Origin: a virus
Lineage: Duplodnaviria > Caudoviricetes
Virus record (IMG/VR): IMGVR_UViG_3300028886_000036
Span: 32,001-96,000 of that record
Reading direction: 5' to 3' (one strand)
DNA length: 64,000 nucleotides
The first letter of the stretch is position 1. Each line of letters starts with the position of its first letter. The position numbers and the translations under genes are program-made. Below, in pieces: positions 38,376 through 49,630 of this stretch. The notes under the pieces are model-generated. The model did no database searches and was not told the origin of the DNA. It was given only the letters and a program-made list of their open reading frames with translations.

Positions 38376-40310
38376 ATTGCATTATTAAGTAATATCCAGA
38401 TCACAAAAGATCCTAATAGAGTTGGTCAAAGATTAACAATAACTGGTTTGAATATTTATGAATTAAAAAGGGATATACGGGTATTCTTTGGTAGAAACAT
38501 ACCAAAAATAACTACATCGGGTATCTCAATGACATATCATATATTCAGTATTGTAGTTAGAGGAGTATTTTTTGGAACTACACAAATCAGTTTTGAAGAG
38601 TTTTTTGTTGTAGAAGTTAAAAAAGTATTTGAATGGTTATATGAAGCGTTTAAAAGATCTTCATATAAAGAAGTTATAAACTTATTAGCACAAAACCCTA
38701 GAATAATTGCTTTAGAAAAGCCGATGGAAGAAGTTCCAAGTGAAGCAGCTAATAAGTTAAATAACTTAGGTGTTGAGCTTAAAGATTACCAAAAAGAGTT
38801 TTTATATTACTATTGGAATGCTACTCATAAAGTTGGTTTGAATGGATTTATAATGGCTTTTGAACAAGGATTGGGTAAAACATTTACAGCTATTTCTGCA
38901 GTATATGCATTAGACCTTTTTCCATGTATAATTACTGCACCTAAAAGTACATTATTATCTTGGAAAAGAAGCATAGAAACATTATTACCAGAAAAGTTCT
39001 TAAGAGAAGATGTTATAAATATTGGTACTAATAAATTTACAATATGTAATTATGAAGCTCTAGAAAAAGTACCTATGTATTTAACATCAACGCCTAAGTG
39101 TATGATAGTTGATGAAATACAAAATTTTAGGTATATGAATACTGCTAGAGTGCAGAATGTAATTAATCTACAGGCTACATATAATATAGAAAACGTAATG
39201 GCTTTATCTGGAACACCTATTAAGGCTCTAGCATCAGAGTTTGTACCAGTAATGACTTTAATAGACCCAATGTTTAGAGATTCTACTATGGCACAAACTA
39301 TATTTAAGCACTTATATAATAGTGGCAAATATGATAATATAGCTTCAGCAGTTTTACAGGAAAGACTAAAACTGTATATGATTAGAAAAGAAGCTAGTAA
39401 AGAGTTAGATTTACCAGATAAGAAAAAATATGATATTACTTTAGAAGTATCTAATATAGAACCATATACACTTACTACAGTAATGAGAAATGTTCAAAAT
39501 TATGTTGCTACCGAACTTGAGAAAAGACCTAAAAATGAGGTAGTTAAGTTATATGAAAATATTGAAAGATTATTATCACAGCTACCTAGATCTGAAATGT
39601 TTAGAGATGACTATTTAAGCTATTATTTAAATATGGTTAAAAAGTTAGAGAAAATGGATGTAAGACATCCACAATATAAAGATCTGATGGAAAATGTTAG
39701 GAATTTTGAAAAAGAAGTTAAAGACTTTAATAGTGCGTTATATAAGGAATTAAGTTCTACTAGAAGAAACATTACATCATATAAGTTTATCTTACTTGGT
39801 AGAGCTTTGGGTGAGTATTTTGTTAGAGGTAAAATTAGATTACTTTGTGATGTAGTTAGAGAGAATTTGAAAAGTATTACAGATATAGTTAATAAAGCAC
39901 ATAAAAAAGTATTAATATTTAGTACTTTTAAAGAACCATTAATGCTTCTTAATCAAGAGCTAGATAAAGCTGGTATTAAAAGTTTGTATGTTGATTCAGC
40001 AGCTAGTTATAATAAAAATTTTGAAGCTTTTGAAAAAGATCCTAACACTAGAGTTATATTAGGTAGTATCCAAGCTATTGGTACTGGAACAGATGGTTTA
40101 CAGAAATGTTGTGATACAATTATCTTTTTAAATCGACCATTTAGAGGAACCGATTTACAACAAGCTGAAGCTAGAATACATAGACAAGGACAAGACAGTA
40201 CTTGTCATATTTATTATGTAAATGTTGATCCAAGACATCCTAATGTCTTATCTCACGAACAAAAGATCTTAGATTGGTCTAATGATATGAGAAAGATTGC
40301 TGGATTATAA
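38376..40310 (+). CDS. SNF2-family (SF2) helicase; probable ATT start
   Basis: EQGLGKT, VDEIQ, LSGTP, KVLIFS, QAEARIHRQGQ; frame open from ATT behind GAAGGTG. Confidence 0.9.
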   Translation: MALLSNIQITKDPNRVGQRLTITGLNIYELKRDIRVFFGRNIPKITTSGISMTYHIFSIVVRGVFFGTTQISFEEFFVVEVKKVFEWLYEAFKRSSYKEVINLLAQNPRIIALEKPMEEVPSEAANKLNNLGVELKDYQKEFLYYYWNATHKVGLNGFIMAFEQGLGKTFTAISAVYALDLFPCIITAPKSTLLSWKRSIETLLPEKFLREDVINIGTNKFTICNYEALEKVPMYLTSTPKCMIVDEIQNFRYMNTARVQNVINLQATYNIENVMALSGTPIKALASEFVPVMTLIDPMFRDSTMAQTIFKHLYNSGKYDNIASAVLQERLKLYMIRKEASKELDLPDKKKYDITLEVSNIEPYTLTTVMRNVQNYVATELEKRPKNEVVKLYENIERLLSQLPRSEMFRDDYLSYYLNMVKKLEKMDVRHPQYKDLMENVRNFEKEVKDFNSALYKELSSTRRNITSYKFILLGRALGEYFVRGKIRLLCDVVRENLKSITDIVNKAHKKVLIFSTFKEPLMLLNQELDKAGIKSLYVDSAASYNKNFEAFEKDPNTRVILGSIQAIGTGTDGLQKCCDTIIFLNRPFRGTDLQQAEARIHRQGQDSTCHIYYVNVDPRHPNVLSHEQKILDWSNDMRKIAGL

Positions 40311-40337
40311 TCTTATATATAAAGGAGATGGTAAATT

Positions 40338-41477
40338 ATGTCAGTTGCTTTTCCTTTACAGAATGAACAAGGAGAAAGTTTAGTTACTAAAAAAGATAAC
40401 GCTAAAACTAGAGTAAATTATGAAAGACATAATGATCAGATAGATACACTTGAAAGAAGAGATTTATTTTTATTAGATTTCTTAAGTAAGTTTGATGCTT
40501 TACCTATTGGTGCTATATTACCAACATCTATTCCTTATGCTGCTAATAAAATGCCAGATGGATGGGTATGGGCGGATGGTCATAAATATGGTAAAACTGA
40601 TAACACTGAAAACCCAAGACCAAATCTTTGGAATGCTATTAAAAACACTAATGCTGTTGCTACATTAGATGAGTTTGAAGCTTTCTGTGCAGCTAATGGT
40701 TATGTGTCACAATCCGGTGAACCTGATGGAATAGTTCCATTTGGTAAATATGTTGATATGGGTGAAAATAATGACTATTTCTGTGTTCCAACACTTAACG
40801 ATGTTTTCTTAATGAGTGTTACATCTAGAAATAGAAAGGGTAGATTGAGTGGTAATTATGAAAAAGACTCTATTGGTGAACACACTCACAATGTTTCAGC
40901 ATATCCAGTTAATGGTGCTAATTTAAATACTACTAAACCAATTGGAGTTGCCTTAACTGATCAGATCACTGAAAAATTTGATACAACTGTTGATCCTCAT
41001 TATAAAAAGGATCTTGCTCAGTATACATCTGAAAATAATAATAATGCTGGCACTGAAACTAAACCAAAATTAATTTCATATCAGTTTATGATTAAGGCTG
41101 ACTTTACTTCTTTTGATTTAGCTAATACAGTTGATACAGATTGTGCTTCAGTTGGTGGGTATAAGCCAAATATTACAGCTCCAGATAGTGACAATTTAGC
41201 TGAAAGAATTTTCCCAGTGCCTAATCCAGAAACTGGTAAAATAGGGTCAGATTGGTTTGATACGGAAGGTTTGGCATTACAAGTTTTAAATGCAGCTGAA
41301 GGTCAAATTAATAATATTATAAATGATACAGCGGTTCTTAAGTCTGATACATTAGAGAGTTGGGGAGATCCTAATAGTAATCCTCAAAATAAAGTTCCTA
41401 TTGCAGATAGTGAAGGTAAAATAGATTCGAGATATTTAAGAACTGTTACTACAGCTCAAATAGAGAGCTTATTCTAA
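40338..41477 (+). CDS. Tail collar domain protein
   Basis: LPIGAILP...PDGWVWADG...PTL...FL...HTH...ETKPK...FMIKA. Confidence 0.85.
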   Translation: MSVAFPLQNEQGESLVTKKDNAKTRVNYERHNDQIDTLERRDLFLLDFLSKFDALPIGAILPTSIPYAANKMPDGWVWADGHKYGKTDNTENPRPNLWNAIKNTNAVATLDEFEAFCAANGYVSQSGEPDGIVPFGKYVDMGENNDYFCVPTLNDVFLMSVTSRNRKGRLSGNYEKDSIGEHTHNVSAYPVNGANLNTTKPIGVALTDQITEKFDTTVDPHYKKDLAQYTSENNNNAGTETKPKLISYQFMIKADFTSFDLANTVDTDCASVGGYKPNITAPDSDNLAERIFPVPNPETGKIGSDWFDTEGLALQVLNAAEGQINNIINDTAVLKSDTLESWGDPNSNPQNKVPIADSEGKIDSRYLRTVTTAQIESLF

Positions 41478-41498
41478 ACTATTGGTAGGTGATTAATT

Positions 41499-44400
41499 AT
41501 GCCTACTAAATTAAAGATAAAACAAATTTATCCCGAACCTATTTCAACTTCAGAAGTTGAAAATAATTATGTTGATTTAAATACTGTACAAGTTATTACG
41601 GAAGAAAAACATTTCCAAAAAAGTTTTACATTAACAAGAGATACTTCTACATTTAATTGGCAAGATATTGTTAAATTTAATGGAGAGCCAGTAGAAGGTG
41701 ATTATAATAGAGTTGGTTCAATTAGATTCTCTACTAATCTAACTACTCAAGCTCACACTGTTGCATTAAATGCAATTACTAAAGGAGAATCTGATACTAA
41801 CGCAACTTTCGGAACTATTTCTGTAAGCATATTACCGGATAAAACTGTTTCTACTTATGCACCAACTCCAGCTACTTCAGATAATTCTACTCAAATAGCT
41901 ACAACAGCCTATGTTAAGTCTAATTTATCAAGTTATTTACCACTTGCTGGTGGTACAACTACGGGATCGATAAAATGCGTAGCTAAAAATTTAGGGTCTA
42001 CTTACGTTAATGCAGCTAAAGACACTGGAGCTATTATAAGTATGACAAATACAGATAGTTTTGGTGCTTGGCTAAGTGGATATACTAAATCATATAAAGT
42101 CGCTTTAGCTACTTATCCTGGTACTAATGAAGAGGTTCAATTATATTCTATAACTAAAGATAATGTAACTGCCGGTACAAATACTGCGAATAAATTTTTG
42201 AGATGGAATGCTAGTACAGGTGCTTTAATTGCCGACAGTTTTAGTGGAGCTTTAACAGGAAATGTTACAGGAAATTGCTCTGGTACGGCAGCTAATGTTA
42301 CAGGCACAGTTGCTATAGCTAATGGTGGTACCGGAGCTACTACAAGATTAAATGCGTGTAAGGCTTTAACTAACGAGAATGTTGGATCATCACCAAATTA
42401 TTTTATTACTATGACATCTTCATGGGGTAAATTTGGATATACTTCAATAGCAGATGCTAAAACTGCATTAGGCCTTAAATCTGCGGCATATACTGAAAGT
42501 TCAGCATATGCTACTTCAGGTCACACACATAGTTATTTACCATTATCTGGGGGTACTCTAACAGGTGCTCTTAGTACTAACTCAGATATAAACTTAACTG
42601 ATGGAAAAATTATGGTAACTACTAATAGTACTGTAGCTGAGCACACTACATCGATAATACAAGCCACTACTGGAACTAATGATTCATGGCGAATAGCTTC
42701 AGGAGCAACGGCTGCAAATGCTGGTTTCATGGAAATAGCTACAGCGGATGATGGAACTGAACCAATCTATGTAAGACAATATAGTGGAACATATACAACT
42801 TTAAAAAGAACTGCTACTATATTAGATGCTTCTGGTAATACATCATTTCCAGGCACAGTTACAGCTCCAACATTTAGTGGCAGCTTAAGTGGAACAGCAT
42901 CTTATGCGTATAATATAGCTGCACAAAAAATTTCAAGCCTAACTAAAGGAACAAAACCAAGTTCAACTGTATGGACATCTAGTTGGCTTAAATGCGATAG
43001 TGCTGGTACGGCTACAGCTAATAGATTAGGTGAATTAAGATCCTTTGTAGATTCAAGTGGAACTACCGGTTATGAAATGCTTTCTTATGATTATACATCT
43101 GGAGCTACTAGTGCAGGAACACTTGGAATTTATAAACCATTAGGCGGTACTGCATATACAGCTGCTCCTACTCCAGCCACTTCTGATAATAGTACAAAAA
43201 TAGCTACTACTGCGTATGTTAAAGCTCAAGGATATATTACTTCGTCAGGAAGTATAACTGGAAATGCTTCTACAGCTACTGAATTTTCAGCAAGTAAGTC
43301 TGTTACATTAACTGGTGCTATTACAGGAACTGCATCAAGTAAAGCTGGGTGGTCTGTTGCGACATCCAGAAAATCGTGTAATGTCGGACAATCTGGATCA
43401 TCTACTACTAATCCTTGGTATAAAGTGGCTACGGTTGATTTGTCTTCAACAGCTAATTATGACGCTTCAATAGATTTATTGGTTGAAGATACATATAGCA
43501 GCCATAAATATGGTATATTAAAAGCACATATTAGAACTGATGGTGACAAAAAAGTTGCAACTACTGCAACGGAGTTAACATGGTTGACACATACGGGATT
43601 TACTTTAGCCGATTTTGTTTTAGTATGCCCCACAACTGCAGGTCCTACCTGTGAATTATGGACCAAAATAGCTACTGGATATATGTATAGAAAATTTACA
43701 GTTTTATCTGAAGGTAATCGAAGCACATTTAGTAATAGTCTGTGGACACTCTTAAATGCCTCTTCTGCTGGTCAAGCTGCTAGTATAACAACTTCTGGAA
43801 CTCAGATTGTTTCAACTAATGCGAACGTTGCTAATAACGCCGCAAATGTTACAGGTACCGTTGCTATAGCTAATGGTGGTACCGGAGCTACCACTAGATT
43901 AAATGCAGCTAAGGCACTAACAAACGAAAATGTTGGTTCCTCCCCAAATTATTTTATTACTATGACTACTTCATGGGGAAAATTTGGGTATACATCTGTA
44001 GCGGATGCTAAAACTGCTTTAGGTCTTAAATCAGCTGCATATACTGAAAGTTCGGCATACGCTACTTCAGGGCATACACATAGTTATCTTCCGCTTTCTG
44101 GAGGAACATTAACTAATAGCTTTTATATACAATCTTCTGGAATTACTAGAGGCACTGCCCCATCTGCTAATAAGTTCATGACTTGGGGATGTAAAGACTC
44201 TGCAGGCGCCTATATTGGGGCGTTTGAAGCAGGATATTATACTAATAAATCTTCTAAAGTGGCTATGTATGCATATAATACAACTGCCGCTACTGGTAAT
44301 AATATAGGTAGTTTAGGCATAGGATGTGATACTTCTGGTAATGTTTATACGTGGGGGCCAACACCAGCCGCAACTGATAATAGTACTAAGCTAGCTACTA

Positions 44401-44846
44401 CAGCTTTCGTTAATAGTAGATTACCATATGAAGTTGGTACTTGGACCCCAACGATGTCTGGAAGTACTACTGCTGGAGCTTTTACTTATTCATATACTGG
44501 CAGTGGTAAAAGATGTTTTTATGTTAAATTCGGTAAATTAATATTTTTAAGAGCAGCATTTATGTATACTATTACAACTGCCCCAGCTGGAGAAGTTAGA
44601 ATAAATGGAGCACCATATGTTTCAAATAGTTATTTTTCTGCTCTAGCAGGTGGTAACACTAGACGTTGGGACACTACACAGATCGGTTATAATAAATCAT
44701 ATTTAATTGCACGAATTAGAAAAGTAGATGGTACAAGTGCGCAGACTACTATTAATTGGGGGTCGAGTGATACAAATACTACGTGGTCTAATGCAGTTAA
44801 TTCAACGGACTGGATTATATTTAGTATTTGGTATGAGACATCGTAG
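41499..44846 (+). CDS. Tail fibre / receptor-binding protein
   Basis: PTPATSDNSTKIATTAYV x3, YLPLSGGTLT, ANGGTGAT, YEVGTWTP motifs. Confidence 0.85.
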   Translation: MPTKLKIKQIYPEPISTSEVENNYVDLNTVQVITEEKHFQKSFTLTRDTSTFNWQDIVKFNGEPVEGDYNRVGSIRFSTNLTTQAHTVALNAITKGESDTNATFGTISVSILPDKTVSTYAPTPATSDNSTQIATTAYVKSNLSSYLPLAGGTTTGSIKCVAKNLGSTYVNAAKDTGAIISMTNTDSFGAWLSGYTKSYKVALATYPGTNEEVQLYSITKDNVTAGTNTANKFLRWNASTGALIADSFSGALTGNVTGNCSGTAANVTGTVAIANGGTGATTRLNACKALTNENVGSSPNYFITMTSSWGKFGYTSIADAKTALGLKSAAYTESSAYATSGHTHSYLPLSGGTLTGALSTNSDINLTDGKIMVTTNSTVAEHTTSIIQATTGTNDSWRIASGATAANAGFMEIATADDGTEPIYVRQYSGTYTTLKRTATILDASGNTSFPGTVTAPTFSGSLSGTASYAYNIAAQKISSLTKGTKPSSTVWTSSWLKCDSAGTATANRLGELRSFVDSSGTTGYEMLSYDYTSGATSAGTLGIYKPLGGTAYTAAPTPATSDNSTKIATTAYVKAQGYITSSGSITGNASTATEFSASKSVTLTGAITGTASSKAGWSVATSRKSCNVGQSGSSTTNPWYKVATVDLSSTANYDASIDLLVEDTYSSHKYGILKAHIRTDGDKKVATTATELTWLTHTGFTLADFVLVCPTTAGPTCELWTKIATGYMYRKFTVLSEGNRSTFSNSLWTLLNASSAGQAASITTSGTQIVSTNANVANNAANVTGTVAIANGGTGATTRLNAAKALTNENVGSSPNYFITMTTSWGKFGYTSVADAKTALGLKSAAYTESSAYATSGHTHSYLPLSGGTLTNSFYIQSSGITRGTAPSANKFMTWGCKDSAGAYIGAFEAGYYTNKSSKVAMYAYNTTAATGNNIGSLGIGCDTSGNVYTWGPTPAATDNSTKLATTAFVNSRLPYEVGTWTPTMSGSTTAGAFTYSYTGSGKRCFYVKFGKLIFLRAAFMYTITTAPAGEVRINGAPYVSNSYFSALAGGNTRRWDTTQIGYNKSYLIARIRKVDGTSAQTTINWGSSDTNTTWSNAVNSTDWIIFSIWYETS
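42291..44113 (+). repeat. About 270-bp internal duplication (42291-42562 and 43842-44113)
   Basis: Near-identical ~90-aa segment ANVTGTVAI...YLPLSGGTLT with mostly synonymous differences. Confidence 0.85.
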
Positions 44847-44917
44847 AATTAATTAAAATATAACAAGAATATAACAATAAATTAAAACTTTAAAGTAAAG
44901 TGTGGTGATGAGATAAT

Positions 44918-47900
44918 ATGGCAATTGGAAGTGTTTGGGCAGATGTTCCTGTAGTTAGGGGTAGTGATGAGTATGGTATTGGCGCTGATTTTATTACAGC
45001 CCAAGTTAATACAGAACAAAACGAAGCTTTACAATCTAGAGATATTTACTTACTTAACAAGTTTAAAGAGTATTATGATAAAGCTCACATAGATAACTTA
45101 TTCAGTAGATACAGTACTAATCTTGATTGGAAGGAAACTTTAAATAGTTATGAAGATATTATTGAGAAATACCCTGCTGGATTAAACTGGAAATCTGATG
45201 TTAATACTTATAGTGACTTATTTACGTTGCCAGCTGAAAATGATGCTGTAGTTAATGTAAAAGATGTTCAGGACAAGTATTATTTTATTTATTTTAAACC
45301 AGATGAAGATTCTGAAGGCGCTTGGACTCAGATAGATCCTAATGCTTATAATAATAATATAGTTGAGGAGCTTCCAGCATACCCATACATTTATTTAAAT
45401 GGGTATTGGCAAGAGTTAAATATAGATGAGTTTTCTGAATTAGAACAGTCTAAATTTTTACCGAAAGGATCTGTAAGTAGTTATGGTGAAATAGCCACTA
45501 CTTATCCCGAACCAGAAGATTATTGGGTAGTTAATGTAGTAGATCCTAATAAAGACTTCTTATTCAAAGGACAAGTAGATTATTATGAAGATATAGCTAC
45601 TGAATATCCAGAACCGGAACATAATTGGTTGGTAGAAGTTATCAATCCAGATAATAATTGTACTTATAAGTATAATGAAGAAAACAATAAATGGGAAAGA
45701 TTTGGTGAAAAGTATAAACCAGAAGATGGATGGGTTGTTAATACTATAGACACTAATTATACTTATAGATATGATATAGAAAGTGACTCTTGGATTGCAA
45801 TTAGTGCTAATGCTATTCCTTTAGCTACTGAAGAAAATGATGGTTTATTAAGTAAAGAAGATTATGCCTATATTAGACAAATAGAGGGAGAAATACTTCC
45901 TAATATCTATTTGGCTATAAATGAATTAGAGCAAAAGATGTTCCCATTAGGAACTATAGTTCCTTATGCTTTTGATACAAACACTCCTCCACCTGGTTTT
46001 GTTTTTGCTGAAGGCTTATTATTAAGACGTGACGAATATCCTGATATGTGGGAAAGATTATATAAAGAACCTACAGATGATGATCCTGGATATGATTTTA
46101 CAGTTGCTGATTATTTAAAAGATGAATATCCAGGTAAATTTACAAATGGTGATGGAGAGACTACATTTAGAACTCCTGATTTAAGAGGATGTTTCTTAAG
46201 AGGATTAGATTTAGGTAAAGGCTATGAAAAATATGAAAGACCATTTGGCTCTTATCAAAACGATGGAATAGGAGAACACGATTATGAATTAGAAGTTACT
46301 GGAGTTGGATCTGTAGACGAACCTGCAATTGAAGGCCATAGATTAACTATAGCTGGAACAACACCTAATGCTATTTCAGAAACTTCTATAATAAAAGTTC
46401 ATACTTCTGCAGATGCTGAAACTAGACCAAAGAATATCGCTGTTAGGTTTATAGTTAAAGTTATTCCAACTGAAAACTTACCAACAATGGCAGATAATAA
46501 TGCTCCTACTATTGTTGTACCTATAGATGCTGATACTCTTAATGGACATCCTTCATCTATATCTGCTACTCCGGGAGCAATACCAGTTGCAGACAATAAT
46601 GGTAAATTAGATAACTCTTGGTTTAATTTAGATTCTATCTCTACAGAAAACTTTGTTCAAAGAAATGAAGTTTCTAGAAAAGATGCTTCTCCAGCAGAAT
46701 CTTCTAATTTAATTCCAGTATTGAATGACTCTGGGTATGCTGATGGATGGATTAGTTTAGTTACTGAAGAAGATGTTGATAAATGGATTAGATTCTTTAG
46801 TAATGATAATTATGATATTTCAGAAGAATCTTATGATGATTCAAGAGATCTTGAAAAGAACTTCTTAACACAAAAGAAATTTGTTAAGTTCTTAATTGGC
46901 TTAAAAGAGTTTATTAATACATTTAAACAGCATTATACTACTGAAGATATAACTCCTACTAATGAGCGTGGATATATTTCTAATGCTGAAAGAATTAAGT
47001 ATAGTGATAAATACACCAAGAATGAGACATATGAACTATTATATAATTTCTTATTAAGTTATATACCATTATCAGATGCTACTACTATACCAACTCCTGG
47101 TAAAATACCTATTGCTTTAGATGATGGTAAGTTAGATCCAGGTTGGATGTCAGATCTTTTCCTTAATAAGATAGGTGAAGATGGTGATACTGGTTATGCC
47201 GAAATAAGTGGTAGTAAAGATGTTCATATTAGAGGTGGTATAGTTGATAACACCTTAACTGGTTCTGTCAACTTACAAGGCGGTGGAACTTATAGCGTAT
47301 CATCAATATCTCCAGCTAAAGCAGTTGTATCAGGATATGATGCAGTTGAAAATAGGGGCGGTAATGTTGAGATATATGCTGGAAATGGTGGAGAAAACTT
47401 ATCATCTATTGGTGGATCAATAATATTACAATCTGGTTCTGGTAATTCTTATAATGGTACGGTAGATATTAACAATATTAAAGTAAACAAGAATAACACT
47501 ATTTATACTAATGAATTGAATTTAAGATTACAACAAAATGATGGTATTAACAATACTAACTATTTAGAATTAACCAATTCTGGGTTATCTTATGTGCATG
47601 ATAATTTAGTTAATGATAGTGATGATTTTGAGTTTACTCTTAATAATAATGGTACTGTAACTACTAATAGACCTAATGTATCTAATGGATTAACAATTCT
47701 TAATAATAACGCATTAGTTCCATTTGAGAATCTTCCTAAAACAGCTTTAGTTAATAATCTGGGAGATATTCTTCAGAACCAAGTTATAAATACCAATTTA
47801 GGTAATGTAATAGTTGCAGATATTGATCAGTCTACTACATTAACTATTGATGATGGTGTTTATACAAATGAAGCTAAAGAACTTACATTTGTTCTTACTA

Positions 47901-49009
47901 TGAAAGGCTTGTATAACATTACTTGGCCTGTCAATGTTAATTGGATGTCTGGTGTTAAACCTAGTATTGATTATGGTGAAACGGCTATTATAAAATTATT
48001 TAGAGTAGATAATGGTGAATGGATTGGATGGAAAGTAGGAGATAGTGTAAGTACTACTGGTACTTCTAAAGAAATTATAATAGATAAATATGAGGAACCA
48101 TTAAATGATTTTACTGGTACTGTACATAAGTATATTAGCAATATAACTTGGGCATCTGGTCAAGAACCACCTAAAGAAGATAGTTCAGTTTATATTGAAA
48201 CTAACGATATTGCCCCTGGAGAATCTGCTAATATTGTTGTTAGAGTTCCTTCAGATGCATATGGTACTATTACAGTTACTGTTACTAATGCAGACACCAC
48301 TGATGAAGTATACAATGAAACTATAACTCTTATAAATACAAGTAATACAATTGTTATACCCAATTTAACAATTGGTGATTATTTAATTGAAGCTACATAT
48401 TCTGGTAATGAATTCTATAATAGTAGTAGCGTTAACGCAGCTCTTTCAGTAAAGAAGCTGGATACATCTATTATTATATCTGCTCCTACAGAGGCTACAG
48501 TTAATGATAGATTAACAGTAGCTGTCAATGTTGCTGAAGATGCTACTGGAAGAATACTGATTAATATGCAGGATGAAGAGAATGCTAGTGCAAATATGAC
48601 TAATAATAGAATTCAAGAGAATGGTACTGTAACTGCTACAGTAAGAGCTGTGTATGGTGGTATTAATATTATTACTGCAGATTACACAGGAGATGATAGA
48701 TACAACAGTGCTCATGCTGAACAGATTGTTATGGTTGAAAAGTTACCTACATCGTGCTCAATTGATGCAGATAATATTACCGCTGGAGAAGATGCTTATA
48801 TTACTGTTAACGTAACTCCAATTGAAGCTACTGGTGATGTTACTATATCTCTTGATACAGGAGAAACTAGAGTAGCTGAGATAGTAAGTGGCAGTGTTAA
48901 CTTTGCTATATCAGATTTAGAAGTTGGCAATAGAGTTATTACAGCAGAGTTTAGTGGTGATAGAAAGTATAGCTCCAGCACTAATACAGCAGAATTTACA
49001 GTGAGTTAA
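44918..49009 (+). CDS. Tail collar protein with C-terminal Ig-like (Big_3) repeats
   Basis: FPLGTIVP...FRTPDLRGCFLRG...ETRPKNIA; three ...ATG....A.Y/FSGD..Y.SS repeats. Confidence 0.8.
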   Translation: MAIGSVWADVPVVRGSDEYGIGADFITAQVNTEQNEALQSRDIYLLNKFKEYYDKAHIDNLFSRYSTNLDWKETLNSYEDIIEKYPAGLNWKSDVNTYSDLFTLPAENDAVVNVKDVQDKYYFIYFKPDEDSEGAWTQIDPNAYNNNIVEELPAYPYIYLNGYWQELNIDEFSELEQSKFLPKGSVSSYGEIATTYPEPEDYWVVNVVDPNKDFLFKGQVDYYEDIATEYPEPEHNWLVEVINPDNNCTYKYNEENNKWERFGEKYKPEDGWVVNTIDTNYTYRYDIESDSWIAISANAIPLATEENDGLLSKEDYAYIRQIEGEILPNIYLAINELEQKMFPLGTIVPYAFDTNTPPPGFVFAEGLLLRRDEYPDMWERLYKEPTDDDPGYDFTVADYLKDEYPGKFTNGDGETTFRTPDLRGCFLRGLDLGKGYEKYERPFGSYQNDGIGEHDYELEVTGVGSVDEPAIEGHRLTIAGTTPNAISETSIIKVHTSADAETRPKNIAVRFIVKVIPTENLPTMADNNAPTIVVPIDADTLNGHPSSISATPGAIPVADNNGKLDNSWFNLDSISTENFVQRNEVSRKDASPAESSNLIPVLNDSGYADGWISLVTEEDVDKWIRFFSNDNYDISEESYDDSRDLEKNFLTQKKFVKFLIGLKEFINTFKQHYTTEDITPTNERGYISNAERIKYSDKYTKNETYELLYNFLLSYIPLSDATTIPTPGKIPIALDDGKLDPGWMSDLFLNKIGEDGDTGYAEISGSKDVHIRGGIVDNTLTGSVNLQGGGTYSVSSISPAKAVVSGYDAVENRGGNVEIYAGNGGENLSSIGGSIILQSGSGNSYNGTVDINNIKVNKNNTIYTNELNLRLQQNDGINNTNYLELTNSGLSYVHDNLVNDSDDFEFTLNNNGTVTTNRPNVSNGLTILNNNALVPFENLPKTALVNNLGDILQNQVINTNLGNVIVADIDQSTTLTIDDGVYTNEAKELTFVLTMKGLYNITWPVNVNWMSGVKPSIDYGETAIIKLFRVDNGEWIGWKVGDSVSTTGTSKEIIIDKYEEPLNDFTGTVHKYISNITWASGQEPPKEDSSVYIETNDIAPGESANIVVRVPSDAYGTITVTVTNADTTDEVYNETITLINTSNTIVIPNLTIGDYLIEATYSGNEFYNSSSVNAALSVKKLDTSIIISAPTEATVNDRLTVAVNVAEDATGRILINMQDEENASANMTNNRIQENGTVTATVRAVYGGINIITADYTGDDRYNSAHAEQIVMVEKLPTSCSIDADNITAGEDAYITVNVTPIEATGDVTISLDTGETRVAEIVSGSVNFAISDLEVGNRVITAEFSGDRKYSSSTNTAEFTVS

Positions 49010-49011
49010 TA

Positions 49012-49524
49012 ATGGGAACTCTTAGATATTTAAGAAAGGACTATCTTAGAGGTGATATTTTTAAGTCTATGAATGATAAGAGGTCTAATAAAATTAGACT
49101 TCCTAATGAAAACTTAGATCTTAATTCATCGCCAGTTCAGATAGATCCTCAAACGCAGTATCCTAATGTAGTATTTATTGATAATGTATTAGATAGTGAA
49201 GTCAACTATACTATGTTATATAATGCTAAAGTTGGTACTATAGTTCCAATTAAACTTGATGATGTATCTAATATGAAAAGTGACTGGATTAAATGCGATG
49301 GTAGTACTTATAATAAAGAACAATATCCTATGCTATTTGATTTATTGAAAGATGCTTTCTATAATGTAGATCTTAATGGTAACGAGACTCCAGTTTATAC
49401 TGATGAGTTTGTAGTACCTAAGATAGATAATAAGAAACTAGAGGATACTGAAGTAGTTTTTATGATCAAGGCAAAAGGTAGAGAAAAAGGTAATTACTAT
49501 TTAAAGAGAGATAATCAAACTTAA
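49012..49524 (+). CDS. Small tail collar domain protein
   Basis: VGTIVP...WIKCDGSTYNKEQYPMLF...F.VP...FMIKA. Confidence 0.8.
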   Translation: MGTLRYLRKDYLRGDIFKSMNDKRSNKIRLPNENLDLNSSPVQIDPQTQYPNVVFIDNVLDSEVNYTMLYNAKVGTIVPIKLDDVSNMKSDWIKCDGSTYNKEQYPMLFDLLKDAFYNVDLNGNETPVYTDEFVVPKIDNKKLEDTEVVFMIKAKGREKGNYYLKRDNQT

Positions 49525-49536
49525 TCTCAATAAACA

Positions 49537-49570
49537 CAGACACTAGCTGTAACTGGCTAGTGTCTTTTTC
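49537..49570 (+). terminator. Intrinsic terminator
   Basis: AGACACTAGC...GCTAGTGTCTTTTT. Confidence 0.75.
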
Positions 49571-49630
49571 TATTCTGAACAAATATGGAGAACTTTAATA
49601 TTGTCCTATAGTGGTGCTACTTAAAGCACT

